Source: Bacteroidales bacterium (GTDB lineage Bacteria; Bacteroidota; Bacteroidia; Bacteroidales; FEN-979). Taken from it: DNA of 64,000 bases. The position numbers and the translations under genes were made by a program. The stretch's first letter is position 1. Every line of letters begins with the position of its first letter. The notes below the pieces were generated by a model, which searched no databases, had not been told where the DNA came from, and saw nothing but the letters and a program-made list of their open reading frames with translations. Where the stretch lies: assembly GCA_035403225.1 (NCBI GenBank), contig DAONET010000012.1:216-64215 (forward strand), written 5' to 3'. Below, one piece after another: positions 45,967 through 55,510 of this stretch.

Positions 45967-45975
45967 TGATTACAA
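45964..45975. promoter_or_regulatory. candidate SOS-type operator (near-palindrome TTGTGATTACAA)
   Basis: A 12-bp inverted repeat in which 5 of 6 pairs match. It overlaps the -7 box and the predicted transcription start in the 56-bp divergent intergenic region. Confidence 0.35.
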
Positions 45976-46006
45976 TATAGTCATTTTGTTCCAAAAAACC
46001 AAAAAA

Positions 46007-46810
46007 ATGTATCTCGGACAGAACATAAAATTCCTGCGAAAGCGCCGGAACCTCACCCAGGAGGATGTGGCTAACTCATTGAATTTGAAACGTTCAACGC
46101 TGAATAACTACGAGAACCTGGCCGCCCAGCCCGGCATGGAGACATTGATCGCCCTTTCCGACTATTACAAAATCGCCATCGACACGCTGATCAAGGTAGA
46201 TCTTTCGGCCCTCCCCGAGAGCCAGGTTCGCCAGATCGAGAGGGGATTCGATGTGTTTATTAAAGGGTCATCGCTGCGGGTACTGGCCACCACCATCAGT
46301 CCCGATAACGAAGAAAACATCGAGCTGGTCGCCGAGAAAGCCAAGGCCGGTTATACCTCGGGGTTTGCCGATCCCGAATACATCAGCATCCTCCCGACCT
46401 TCCGGTTACCGTTCCTGTCAAAGCAGAAGAAATACCGTACTTTTCAGATCAGCGGCGACTCCATGCTCCCCATTCCCGACAAAGCCTGGGTAACAGGGAT
46501 GTATGTGCAGGATTGGTCGTCCATCCGCGACAAAGACGCCTATATTATTCTCACGGCCGAAGAAGGAATCGTCTTTAAAGTCGTAGAAAACAGGCTGAAA
46601 AACGAAGGGAAGCTCATCCTGCATTCGCTGAACCCGTCTTATCCGCCGTTTGATATGGAAGCAAAGGACATCCGGGAGATCTGGCAGTTTGTGCATTTCA
46701 TCAGCGGAGAGTTGCCACAGAATGAGATGTCGGAAACCGAGCGGCTGACGCGCACCGTAAAAGCGCTCCAGGAAGAGGTGAAAGCCATTCAGATGAAACT
46801 GAACCTGTAA
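46007..46810 (+). CDS. XRE-type HTH / S24 peptidase LexA-like autocleavable repressor
   Basis: HTH LGQNIKFLRKRRNLTQEDVANSLNLKRSTLNNYE. Possible Ala-Gly cleavage site at KAKAGYTSGFADPE. S24 nucleophile at ISGDSMLP and a downstream Lys at GIVFKVV. Confidence 0.8.
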   Translation: MYLGQNIKFLRKRRNLTQEDVANSLNLKRSTLNNYENLAAQPGMETLIALSDYYKIAIDTLIKVDLSALPESQVRQIERGFDVFIKGSSLRVLATTISPDNEENIELVAEKAKAGYTSGFADPEYISILPTFRLPFLSKQKKYRTFQISGDSMLPIPDKAWVTGMYVQDWSSIRDKDAYIILTAEEGIVFKVVENRLKNEGKLILHSLNPSYPPFDMEAKDIREIWQFVHFISGELPQNEMSETERLTRTVKALQEEVKAIQMKLNL

Positions 46811-46817
46811 CCCGGGG

Positions 46818-48749
46818 TCACTGGTTGCCGGTGATCCGGAATTCCGTCCGCCGGTTGTTCGCCCGGCCCGCTTCTGTTTCGTTAGTGTCGATGGGCCGTG
46901 TCAGACCATACCCCGCATAGGTGAGCCGGGAAACAGAAACACCCTGGTTGATGAGATACTCGTACACCGCTTTGGCCCTGTTTTCAGAGAGTGTCCGGTT
47001 GTAATCCGGAGTACCTACATTATCGGTATGACCACTGATCTCGATGGTCATCCGGGGATTCTTCTTCAACAGGGTCGCCAGACGTTCAAGTTCTGTCCTG
47101 GATTCAGGCTTCAGGTTATATTTATCCGTATCGAAAAAAATATTTTTCAGGATGACCGTTTCTCCTACTCTCATCGGTTGAAGCGGGATCTGCTTCGTAA
47201 TGGGCTCAAGGGAGTTTTCCGGTCCCGTCAGTGAGAAATGATCAGAATAGAAAAGATAACCTTCCCGGGAAACATTTAACGCATAATCTTTGCTGACGGG
47301 CAGGATCAGCATGAATTCACCGGTAACGGAATTACTTTCTGACCGGGCCACTATCTTACCGCTGATCAGATCCGTCAATTCAAAAGCCGCTTTCAATTTT
47401 GCTTTAGTCTCTTTATCAAAGACAATCCCTTTGAAGTATGTCACCCTCTCCGGCTGAGCCTCTTTGTACAGGTCAAAGGAATAAATATCCTGTCGGCCGA
47501 AACCCCCGAATTTATCCGAAGAAATATAAGCAACATCACCGGTGGAATTCACCAGCAGCGTGATCTCATCCGAGCAGGTATTGATCGGATAACCCATATT
47601 CACCGGCTTTTTCCAATTCCCGTAAATATCTTTTTTCGAATAATAAAGATCGAATCCTCCCATGCCGGGATGGCCCTTGGACGAGAAATACAACGTTTGA
47701 TCGTCGGGATGGATGAAGGGAGCCATTTCTTCTTTGGGTGTGTTGATCGAATCGCCGAGGTTGACAGGATCCGACCAGTTGTAATCATCCAGCAGCACGG
47801 TTTTCCAGATATCAGAGCTCCCATGACCACCGGGCCGTTTACTGGCAAAATACAGTGTTTTTCCATCACCCGAGAACGAGGGTTGAGAATCCCATGTCCC
47901 CGAATTGACCACCGGTCCCAGGTTTTGCGGTTCTCCCCAACCCATTCCTTCTTTTCGGGACCAGTAGAGATCGCAGCTGCCCATCCCATCGGGCCGGTCA
48001 CAGGCGGCGAAGAACAGGAACCGGCCATCGGGAGAGATGAATAAGCCGCCCTCGTTACCTCCCGTATTGATCGGCGACCCCAGGTTGATGGCCTTTCCCC
48101 AGGCCGTATCTTTCTTTACAGAAAAGAAAAACTCTTCCTGCAACCCACTGCCCGTTTCGCCGCCGGGAATGTTCCTGGTAAAGAACAGCCTGCTGCCATC
48201 TGTCGTGATGGTATTAACGTATTCGCTGTACTGGGTGTTGATGCTATCCCCGAGATTTACGGGATGAAAGGGAACCGGGTGAGCCATGGCGTTGATCCCG
48301 AACTCACAGTTTTTCAACGACTGCATGGCTGATGCCCTGGCTGGTTCAGCCAGGTTATCGTACGAGAGAAAGCGAAGAAAACTCTGTTGCGCTTCCTGAT
48401 ATTTTCCGGCATTCAGCTGAACATTTCCGACGATATTCCACAGCCGGGGCGAATAATCCGGATCGATGTCAAGTCCTTTCCGGTAGGCATCCATCGCCTC
48501 ATTCCATTTTCCCATTTCCGAGCAGATATCGCCGATAAGCACCCATGCGTCGATGAACGACGGATCTGCTTTCAACGCTTTATCGAGCAGGATGAGCGCT
48601 TCTTTATCGTTACCGGCGTGATATTGATCGATGCCATCGTAGAAATACCGGGCAGCTTTTTTATCAGTTGTGCGCAGATTGTATGGATCCTGAGAGAAAA
48701 GAGCCGTTGATACTGTTAACAGGAGAAAGAAGAATACCAGTCGTTTCAT
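46818..48749 (-). CDS. TPR / TolB-like beta-propeller / OmpA-domain outer-membrane-associated protein
   Basis: Signal peptide, N-terminal TPRs, repeated PD40-like segments (SPDGRFLFFA, SGDGKTLYFAS), and a C-terminal OmpA domain (ISGHTDNVG...NRRTEF). Confidence 0.88.
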   Translation of the reverse strand: MKRLVFFFLLLTVSTALFSQDPYNLRTTDKKAARYFYDGIDQYHAGNDKEALILLDKALKADPSFIDAWVLIGDICSEMGKWNEAMDAYRKGLDIDPDYSPRLWNIVGNVQLNAGKYQEAQQSFLRFLSYDNLAEPARASAMQSLKNCEFGINAMAHPVPFHPVNLGDSINTQYSEYVNTITTDGSRLFFTRNIPGGETGSGLQEEFFFSVKKDTAWGKAINLGSPINTGGNEGGLFISPDGRFLFFAACDRPDGMGSCDLYWSRKEGMGWGEPQNLGPVVNSGTWDSQPSFSGDGKTLYFASKRPGGHGSSDIWKTVLLDDYNWSDPVNLGDSINTPKEEMAPFIHPDDQTLYFSSKGHPGMGGFDLYYSKKDIYGNWKKPVNMGYPINTCSDEITLLVNSTGDVAYISSDKFGGFGRQDIYSFDLYKEAQPERVTYFKGIVFDKETKAKLKAAFELTDLISGKIVARSESNSVTGEFMLILPVSKDYALNVSREGYLFYSDHFSLTGPENSLEPITKQIPLQPMRVGETVILKNIFFDTDKYNLKPESRTELERLATLLKKNPRMTIEISGHTDNVGTPDYNRTLSENRAKAVYEYLINQGVSVSRLTYAGYGLTRPIDTNETEAGRANNRRTEFRITGNQ

Positions 48750-48758
48750 AGCGGTTGG

Positions 48759-49385
48759 TTAAGGGATTCTCATGTACTTGTGGCTTTGTATCGAAATTCT
48801 CCAACGTGGATGTTCTTTAATATAAGCAACGATGAAGGGAATCATCCGGGGCGCTTTGCTCCACTCGGGCTGAAGGAAGAGGATGCAATCCTGACTGACT
48901 CTGGCAGCATTCTGCTCCGCCCAGGAAAAATCATCCTCATCACAAATAATGACCTTTAACTCATGGGCTTTGCGCAAAGGCCCTTCCAGCGGGTGGCAAT
49001 CTTTTTTCGGCGACACGCAGATCCAATCCCAGGTCCCTGTCAGTTCCTGCGAACCAGATGTCTCAAGGAAAGTTCGGATACCTTGTGATTTCAGACCGGC
49101 ACACAGGTAGTCGAGGTTATACAGCATCGGTTCGCCGCCTGTCACGACCACTGCACCTGCCGGGCATTCCCTGGCACGGCGGATCACATCATCGGCAGGG
49201 ATGGGTGCAAAACCGGATGCCGGCCACGACTCTTTCACATCGCACCACTGGCAACCTACGTCACAGCCGCCGATGCGTATAAACCAAGCCGCCTGTCCGG
49301 TATTAAAGCCTTCTCCCTGAAGAGAGTAAAACTCCTCCATCACCGGCAACAGGATACCCTCTTTGACCTTCTCTTCTGTTGACAT
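48759..49385 (-). CDS. queE: 7-carboxy-7-deazaguanine synthase (radical SAM)
   Basis: FYSLQGEG...FIRIGGCDVGCQWCDVKESW cluster motif, 208 aa. Confidence 0.85.
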   Translation of the reverse strand: MSTEEKVKEGILLPVMEEFYSLQGEGFNTGQAAWFIRIGGCDVGCQWCDVKESWPASGFAPIPADDVIRRARECPAGAVVVTGGEPMLYNLDYLCAGLKSQGIRTFLETSGSQELTGTWDWICVSPKKDCHPLEGPLRKAHELKVIICDEDDFSWAEQNAARVSQDCILFLQPEWSKAPRMIPFIVAYIKEHPRWRISIQSHKYMRIP

Positions 49386-49386
49386 G

Positions 49387-50271
49387 TCAGTACCTGATCT
49401 CTTTTTTAGCTGCTTTCAAGGTATTCTGAAGCAGGGAAACGACCGTCATCAGCCCCACCCCGCCGGGGACAGGGGTGATGAAACTGCATTTTTTCGACAC
49501 CTCGGCAAACGCCACGTCGCCTTTCAGGCGGTAGCCCGATTTTGTATCATCAGCCGGGATACGATGCATCCCCACGTCAATGACCACTGCATCTTTCTTG
49601 ACCATATCTTCTGTCACGGCCTCCATGCGTCCCATGGCGACAATCAGAATATCGGCCTGACGGGTGAGGTCGGCTATGTCTTTGGTATAGCTGTGACATA
49701 AGGTCACGGTGCAATTACCCGGGTAATTTTTTCTGGACATCAGGATGGAGACGGGAGTGCCCACGATATGGCTGCGGCCCAGTACGACACAATGTTTACC
49801 TTCCGTTTCGACATTATATCTTTCGAGCAGCGTCATGATCCCGAGAGGAGTTGCGGAAACGTAACAGGGCAGATTCAGTACCATGCGGCCGAGATTGACA
49901 GGATGGAAACCATCTACATCCTTTGAAGGAAGGATATGTTCAATGATCTTTTGTTCATCGAGATGTTTGGGCAGTGGCAACTGTACGATGAATCCATCAA
50001 TTTCCGGGTCGTTGTTCAGAAAATCGACCACTTCCAGCAACTGGTTCTCTTTGATTTTTTCCGGATAACGATAAACGGAAGAGATGAAGCCGACCTCCCT
50101 GCAAGCCCGTTCTTTGGAAGCCACATAAGTCTGACTGCCGGGATCGTCGCCCACCAGCACTGCAGCCAAGTGTGGAGCCCGAATCCCTTTGTCGAGCATT
50201 TCTTCTTTTACCTCTTTAGCGATCTCGCATTTGATTTGTCCGGAGATCAGTTTCCCATCCAGTAATACCAT
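49387..50271 (-). CDS. folD: bifunctional methylenetetrahydrofolate dehydrogenase/cyclohydrolase
   Basis: LDGKLIS... N-terminus, with [24 protein letters not shown] and TPVPGGVG motifs. Confidence 0.95.
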   Translation of the reverse strand: MVLLDGKLISGQIKCEIAKEVKEEMLDKGIRAPHLAAVLVGDDPGSQTYVASKERACREVGFISSVYRYPEKIKENQLLEVVDFLNNDPEIDGFIVQLPLPKHLDEQKIIEHILPSKDVDGFHPVNLGRMVLNLPCYVSATPLGIMTLLERYNVETEGKHCVVLGRSHIVGTPVSILMSRKNYPGNCTVTLCHSYTKDIADLTRQADILIVAMGRMEAVTEDMVKKDAVVIDVGMHRIPADDTKSGYRLKGDVAFAEVSKKCSFITPVPGGVGLMTVVSLLQNTLKAAKKEIRY

Positions 50272-50297
50272 ATAAAATGATTAATTGTTCTCCAACA

Positions 50298-51632
50298 TTA
50301 ATTATGTTTCATATTCCGCATGACATTTGCCATGTTACGGCCTTTGCTGGCGGTCACCATCTTCATCATGCGGCGAGTTTCGTCGAATTGTTTCAGCAGC
50401 CGGTTCACTTCCTGGATGCTGGTACCGGATCCATCGGCGATTCTTTTGCGACGGCTGCCGTTGATAAGAGCAGGGTTAGAACGTTCGTCGGGAGTCATCG
50501 AATAGATGATGGCTTCAACCCCTTTAAAAGCGTTATCGTCGATATCGAGATTTCTGAGTGCCTTACCCATTCCGGGGAGCATACCCATGAGGTCCTTAAC
50601 ATTCCCCATTTTTTTGATCTGTTTGATCTGGGAGAGAAAATCGTTGAAGTCAAACTGGTTTTTAGCGATTTTCTTCTGAAGTTTCTTGGCTTCATCCTCG
50701 TCGTATTGCTCCTGCGCTTTTTCCACCAGGGAAACGATATCGCCCATTCCGAGGATCCTGTCGGCCATACGCTGGGGATAGAAGACGTCAATGGCTTCCA
50801 TCTTTTCGCCGATGCTCACGAATTTAATCGGTTTATCGACCACCGATTTTATACTGAGGGCAGCCCCGCCGCGGGTATCTCCATCGAGTTTGGTGAGGAC
50901 GACACCTTCGAAGTCAAGGCGGTCATTAAATGCTTTGGCCGTATTCACAGCGTCCTGACCTGTCATGGAATCCACCACGAAAAGTGTTTCTCCGGGTGTG
51001 ATTGCTTTTTTGATGGCAGCAATCTCGTCCATCATTTCCTGGTCCACTGCCAGCCGTCCGGCAGTATCCACGATAACTACCTGGTAGCCGTAATCTTTGG
51101 CATGTTTAACCCCGTTTTTCGCGATCTTTACCGGTTCAAGGTTTCCTTCTTCAGTATATACCTCAACACCAATCTGACCACCCAGCACTTTGAGCTGGTC
51201 AATAGCAGCAGGACGATAAACGTCGCCGGCGATAAGCAGAACCTTTTTGTTTCTTTTCGTCTTCAGCAGGCTGGCAAGCTTAGCCGAGAAGGTCGTTTTT
51301 CCAGAACCTTGCAATCCCGAGATAAGGATCACCGCAGGATCACCTTTCAGGTTGACTTCGGTTTTATCGCCTCCCATCAGCCTTACCAACTCATCATGAA
51401 CAATCTTTACCATGAGCTGTCCGGGAGAAACAGCCGTCAATACATTCTGGCCCAGCGCTTGTTCTTTTACCTGGTCGGTAAACTGTTTGGCAATTTTAAA
51501 ACTGACGTCGGCGTCGAGCAACGCTTTCCTCACATCCTTCAGAGTCTCAGCCACATTAATCTCGGTTATGTGGCCATGCCCTTTCAGAACTTTAAATGCA
51601 CGGTCGAGTTTATCACTTAATCCTTCAAACAT
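50298..51632 (-). CDS. ffh: signal recognition particle protein
   Basis: MFEGLSDKL N-terminus, GLQGSGKTT, DTAGR, TKLDGD and a Met-rich M domain. Confidence 0.97.
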   Translation of the reverse strand: MFEGLSDKLDRAFKVLKGHGHITEINVAETLKDVRKALLDADVSFKIAKQFTDQVKEQALGQNVLTAVSPGQLMVKIVHDELVRLMGGDKTEVNLKGDPAVILISGLQGSGKTTFSAKLASLLKTKRNKKVLLIAGDVYRPAAIDQLKVLGGQIGVEVYTEEGNLEPVKIAKNGVKHAKDYGYQVVIVDTAGRLAVDQEMMDEIAAIKKAITPGETLFVVDSMTGQDAVNTAKAFNDRLDFEGVVLTKLDGDTRGGAALSIKSVVDKPIKFVSIGEKMEAIDVFYPQRMADRILGMGDIVSLVEKAQEQYDEDEAKKLQKKIAKNQFDFNDFLSQIKQIKKMGNVKDLMGMLPGMGKALRNLDIDDNAFKGVEAIIYSMTPDERSNPALINGSRRKRIADGSGTSIQEVNRLLKQFDETRRMMKMVTASKGRNMANVMRNMKHN

Positions 51633-51650
51633 CTGTTATAATTTGGAGTG

Positions 51651-51658
51651 CAAAGTTA
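51651..51658 (-). promoter_or_regulatory. -7 promoter box (TAACTTTG) for ffh
   Basis: CAAAGTTA on the plus strand, 19 nt upstream of the ffh ATG. Confidence 0.45.
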
Positions 51659-51738
51659 CGAATTTCCCACAGGATGAAAATTGGGACTATCGTCATTTAA
51701 AATTTAAATCTTTATCTTTTGTTTTTTAAAAAAGTTTG

Positions 51739-51746
51739 TATGTTTG
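51739..51746 (+). promoter_or_regulatory. -7 promoter box (TATGTTTG)
   Basis: TAnnTTTG match 35 nt upstream of the ATG at 51781. Confidence 0.4.
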
Positions 51747-51780
51747 TAAAAACAAATTTTAACAAACAAATCAAACAACC

Positions 51781-53631
51781 ATGAAGAAAATTACGCTCAT
51801 GCTTTTTGCGCTGCTCTTCGGGATGGCTGTAAATGCACAAACCGTCCTTTATGAAGATGACTTGGAAACTTATCCTGATCAGAGTTTCCTTGCACAGCAG
51901 AACACGACCTGGTGGACAACCTGGTCAAACAATCCCGGAAGTGGTGAAGATGCTCAGATCATGACCACCTTTGCTTATTCCCCCACCAAATCAGCATCCG
52001 TTGATGAAATCGGTGGTGCTACTGACTGTATCCTGAAACTTGGTGATAGAACCAGTGGTTCTTATGAATTGTCATGGTACATGTATGTCCAAACCGGAAA
52101 ATGCGGTTATTACAACATTCAGCATTTCCAATCACCCGGTACCGAATGGGCGCTTGAAATTTATTTCCGTGCTGATGGCTCCACCGAACTCAATGTTGGT
52201 GGCGACCTGATCACCGGAACTTATCCCAAAGACACATGGTTCGAATGTAAACATGTGATTGACCTTGACAATGACAATATCGAGCTGTACATCAACGGCG
52301 TTCTTCTTTATGAATGGCCCTTCTCTTACCAAGCTTCCGATCCGAACGGAACTTTGCAACTCGGTGGTGTTGACTTCTTCGCAGGCGCTGCCTCCGGATC
52401 TGGCGAAAGCCCCGTTTATTACTTTGACAATGTTTCTTTCAAAGAAATGACTGCTGCTACCAACCCTGTTATCACCGTGAACCCCACGAGTGTTGCAACC
52501 TGGGCACTGGCCGGCTCTTCTTCAGTTGTTCCGATGACAGTAGGTAACGTTACCGGATTATCAGACCTCGTATACAACACCAACATTATTTATGATGTTG
52601 ATGCACTGAAAACCGCTCCCGTAACCACCGCTCCGACACAGAATTATGTTGTGAAAAAGACGTTGACCAAGGCTTCTCCTGCTCCGACAAACGGCGGAAC
52701 CCCCAACACAGATGGAACCGCGATTCTGCATTATGACGGCGAAAACTATTCAGCTGTTGGCTGGAGCTCAGTTCCCATCACGGTAACTTGCGCTGCCCGC
52801 TTCCCGAATAACATGACTGTTCCTTACGCAGGCATGAATATTACTTCGGTTGACCTTTATCTTAACGAACTCAATGCCGGCACCAACACCTTCACCCTCA
52901 AGATCTATGAAGGCGGCACACAATATGAACCGGGAACATTGATCTGCTCACAGGATTTCACCCCTGTTGCACAGGACTGGAATACCGTTACCCTGACCAC
53001 TCCGATCCCTGTTACCGGAGCTGACCTCTGGGTTGGTTATACCTTCACCCAGGTAGATGATGGTATCTTCATCCCCGGAACCGACGAAGGTCCGAACGAT
53101 CCTAACGGAGACTTCATTAGCACCGGAGTAGGTTGGAGTCATCTCTCCAGCAACCCGAACCTGCCTTACAACTGGAACATCCGTGCCAACCTGGAAGGTG
53201 ATGTGATCTCACAGTGGCTCACCATCAACCCCACCTCCGGTACTATCGTTCCCGGTGACAGTGTTGCTGCTGAAGTAACCTGCGATGCTGCTGACCTGGC
53301 TATCGGTACTTATACCGCTACCATGAGATTCCTCAGCAACGACCCCATTAACCCCGCAGTTGATGTCCCCGTTACCTTTACCGTAGCCGGTGTTGGTATG
53401 GGCGAAAACAGCAAACTGGGTGTAGCTGTTTACCCGAATCCTGCAGCTGATGTTATCAATGTCATTGCAAACGACAAGATCAACGGAATCACCATCACTG
53501 ATTTCACTGGCAAACTCGTTTACACCGGAACATCGACCAGCATCAATGTCAGCAATTTCTCAACGGGTGTTTATTTCATCCAGACCATTACCGATAAGGG
53601 TACTGTCAACTCCAAATTCATCAAGAAATAG
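51781..53631 (+). CDS. T9SS-secreted multidomain protein, tandem paralog A (function unknown)
   Basis: Signal peptide and a jelly-roll-like N-terminal domain ending in YYFDNVSF. Middle domain carries LHYDGENYSAVGW...NWNIRANL, followed by an Ig-like segment. The C-terminal VYPNPAADVINV...GVYFIQ...KFIKK is a sorting domain. Confidence 0.85.
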   Translation: MKKITLMLFALLFGMAVNAQTVLYEDDLETYPDQSFLAQQNTTWWTTWSNNPGSGEDAQIMTTFAYSPTKSASVDEIGGATDCILKLGDRTSGSYELSWYMYVQTGKCGYYNIQHFQSPGTEWALEIYFRADGSTELNVGGDLITGTYPKDTWFECKHVIDLDNDNIELYINGVLLYEWPFSYQASDPNGTLQLGGVDFFAGAASGSGESPVYYFDNVSFKEMTAATNPVITVNPTSVATWALAGSSSVVPMTVGNVTGLSDLVYNTNIIYDVDALKTAPVTTAPTQNYVVKKTLTKASPAPTNGGTPNTDGTAILHYDGENYSAVGWSSVPITVTCAARFPNNMTVPYAGMNITSVDLYLNELNAGTNTFTLKIYEGGTQYEPGTLICSQDFTPVAQDWNTVTLTTPIPVTGADLWVGYTFTQVDDGIFIPGTDEGPNDPNGDFISTGVGWSHLSSNPNLPYNWNIRANLEGDVISQWLTINPTSGTIVPGDSVAAEVTCDAADLAIGTYTATMRFLSNDPINPAVDVPVTFTVAGVGMGENSKLGVAVYPNPAADVINVIANDKINGITITDFTGKLVYTGTSTSINVSNFSTGVYFIQTITDKGTVNSKFIKK

Positions 53632-53651
53632 TCCTTACGGAACTTATAAAA

Positions 53652-53684
53652 AGGTGTCTCCTTCCCGGGGACACCTTTTTTTTT
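53652..53684 (+). terminator. rho-independent terminator between the paralogs
   Basis: AGGTGTC...GACACCT hairpin followed by a T9 run. Confidence 0.8.
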
Positions 53685-53749
53685 GCTTTCATTTGCCCCA
53701 TACTTGTCGTACTTTTAATCCCGTATCCCTGATTCAATCCCTCTTCATC

Positions 53750-55501
53750 ATGAAAAAATGGTTCCTTTTTATCATCACTGTTTTTGGTATCCTCCCATGT
53801 TTCAGCCAGACAATCCTCTATCAGGATGATATGGAAACCTATCCGCTAAACAGCTTTCTGGGAGTCGAAAACCCATCGTGGTGGGCTACCTGGTCAGGCG
53901 TACCCGGCAGTAGTGAGGACCTCCGTATTTCAGGTCTGACAGCATATTCCGGATTAAAATCGGCTTCCATCGACACTACGGGCGGCCCTTCCGATGCCTT
54001 GCTCCTGCTTGGAGACAGATTCTCAGGAGCCTATGAATTATCGTGGCAGATGTACGTGGAAACAGGAAAATGCGGTTATTACAACATTCAGCATTTTGAG
54101 TCTCCGGGAGTCGAATATGCCATGCAGGTTTTTTTCAGGGCAGATGGCACTTTTGAACTGATGACCGGGGACGCAACCTTTTACGGTACTTATCCCAAAA
54201 ACACCTGGTTTGAAGTGAAACAATACATAGATCTGGACGCCGATTACATCAGTTTATATATCAACGGAACCTTCGTTCATAACTGGCCATTCAGTTACCA
54301 GATTTACTATACCTCCGGCATCAGCCAGCTGGGCAACGTAAACTTCGGAGCCTACGCCGTATCCGGTTCCAACGAGGCGCCGCAATGCTTCCTGGACAAT
54401 GTTTTCTTTCAGAAACTGTCCACCGGCGCCTATCCTTCCATACAATTATCACCGGTCGCCATCGAGGCTTGCGTAGAGCAGGGAACTACTGTAAACCGCG
54501 CTGCGGAAGTCAGTAATACCGGGATTACGGATCTCGTGTATGACATCAACATTATCTATGAGGGTAAGCAGGATGCCGACTCAACGATGAAATTGCACTA
54601 CGATGGCGATCACTACATCTCGATCGGCTGGAGCGCTCCCCCGGTCACGGTCACAGTGGCCGCCCGCTATCCCAATACCATGACCCTGCCTGTTGCCGGG
54701 ATGATGCTGACTTCCGTGGAAGTGTACGTGGATAACCTGAATGCCGATTCAACCCTTTGGACGGTGCGGATCTTCGGCATGGGAGACGCCAACCAGCCCG
54801 GGATTCTTCTCACCACCCAATCGTTTATTCCTGAAGGAGGAGGATGGGACACGATCCCGCTTACCAACCCGGTACTGGTGACCGGAGAGGATCTGTGGGT
54901 GGGATACACTTTTACGCAGAACGATCCCGGCATTTACATCCCCGGTGTTGATGCAGGTCCCAACAATCCCAACGGTGATTTTCTGAACACGGGAGACGGC
55001 TGGAAGCATTTATCCGATTGGCAGGGTTTTACCTATAACTGGAACATCCGGGCAAACCTCGTGGGGATGCCTGCCCTTCAATGGCTGTCGGTTTCCCCCA
55101 AAAATGATACGCTGGGACCAGGCGTTACCGGGGATGTCGATGTCATGATGAATGCCTCCGGGCTGGAGATGGGCGAATACCATGCCACCCTGCGATTTGT
55201 TAACAATGATCCACAGGAGCCTCAGGCCGACCTTCCTGTTACCATGAATGTGGTCGGAGTTGGAGCCGGGGAAAAGGAACCGGCAGCCATCATGATCTTC
55301 CCTAACCCGGCATCAGGCCTCGTTCACCTGAAGAGCAACACGCCGGTGACCGCCGTCAGCATTTTCGATTCATGGGGGAGACAGGTATTATCGGGAAACA
55401 GTGAAGCGATAGATATCAGCGACCTTTCCGAAGGCATCTATCTCCTTAAAGCTGTTACCAGACAAGGAACAGCCAACATCAAACTGGTAAAAAAGCCCTG
55501 A
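53750..55501 (+). CDS. T9SS-secreted multidomain protein, tandem paralog B
   Basis: The start is refined to MKKWFLFIITVFGILPCFSQ. It is collinear with paralog A (ILYQDDMETYP, TGKCGYYNIQHFESPG, LHYDGDHYISIGW, NWNIRANL). The C-terminal IFPNPASGLVHL...GIYLLK...KLVKK is a sorting domain. Confidence 0.85.
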   Translation: MKKWFLFIITVFGILPCFSQTILYQDDMETYPLNSFLGVENPSWWATWSGVPGSSEDLRISGLTAYSGLKSASIDTTGGPSDALLLLGDRFSGAYELSWQMYVETGKCGYYNIQHFESPGVEYAMQVFFRADGTFELMTGDATFYGTYPKNTWFEVKQYIDLDADYISLYINGTFVHNWPFSYQIYYTSGISQLGNVNFGAYAVSGSNEAPQCFLDNVFFQKLSTGAYPSIQLSPVAIEACVEQGTTVNRAAEVSNTGITDLVYDINIIYEGKQDADSTMKLHYDGDHYISIGWSAPPVTVTVAARYPNTMTLPVAGMMLTSVEVYVDNLNADSTLWTVRIFGMGDANQPGILLTTQSFIPEGGGWDTIPLTNPVLVTGEDLWVGYTFTQNDPGIYIPGVDAGPNNPNGDFLNTGDGWKHLSDWQGFTYNWNIRANLVGMPALQWLSVSPKNDTLGPGVTGDVDVMMNASGLEMGEYHATLRFVNNDPQEPQADLPVTMNVVGVGAGEKEPAAIMIFPNPASGLVHLKSNTPVTAVSIFDSWGRQVLSGNSEAIDISDLSEGIYLLKAVTRQGTANIKLVKKP

Positions 55502-55510
55502 GCGGGACCT

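Noticed and set aside
50277-51620. A 447-aa ORF antisense to ffh.
   Set aside because: The same codon-aligned shadow-frame effect applies. ffh is unambiguous (GSGKTT, DTAGR, TKLDGD, Met-rich M domain).
53450-53749. A 100-codon N-terminal extension of T9SS paralog B in the ORF track.
   Set aside because: The extension overlaps the 3' end of paralog A and runs through the intergenic terminator. A canonical signal peptide begins at the ATG at 53750.
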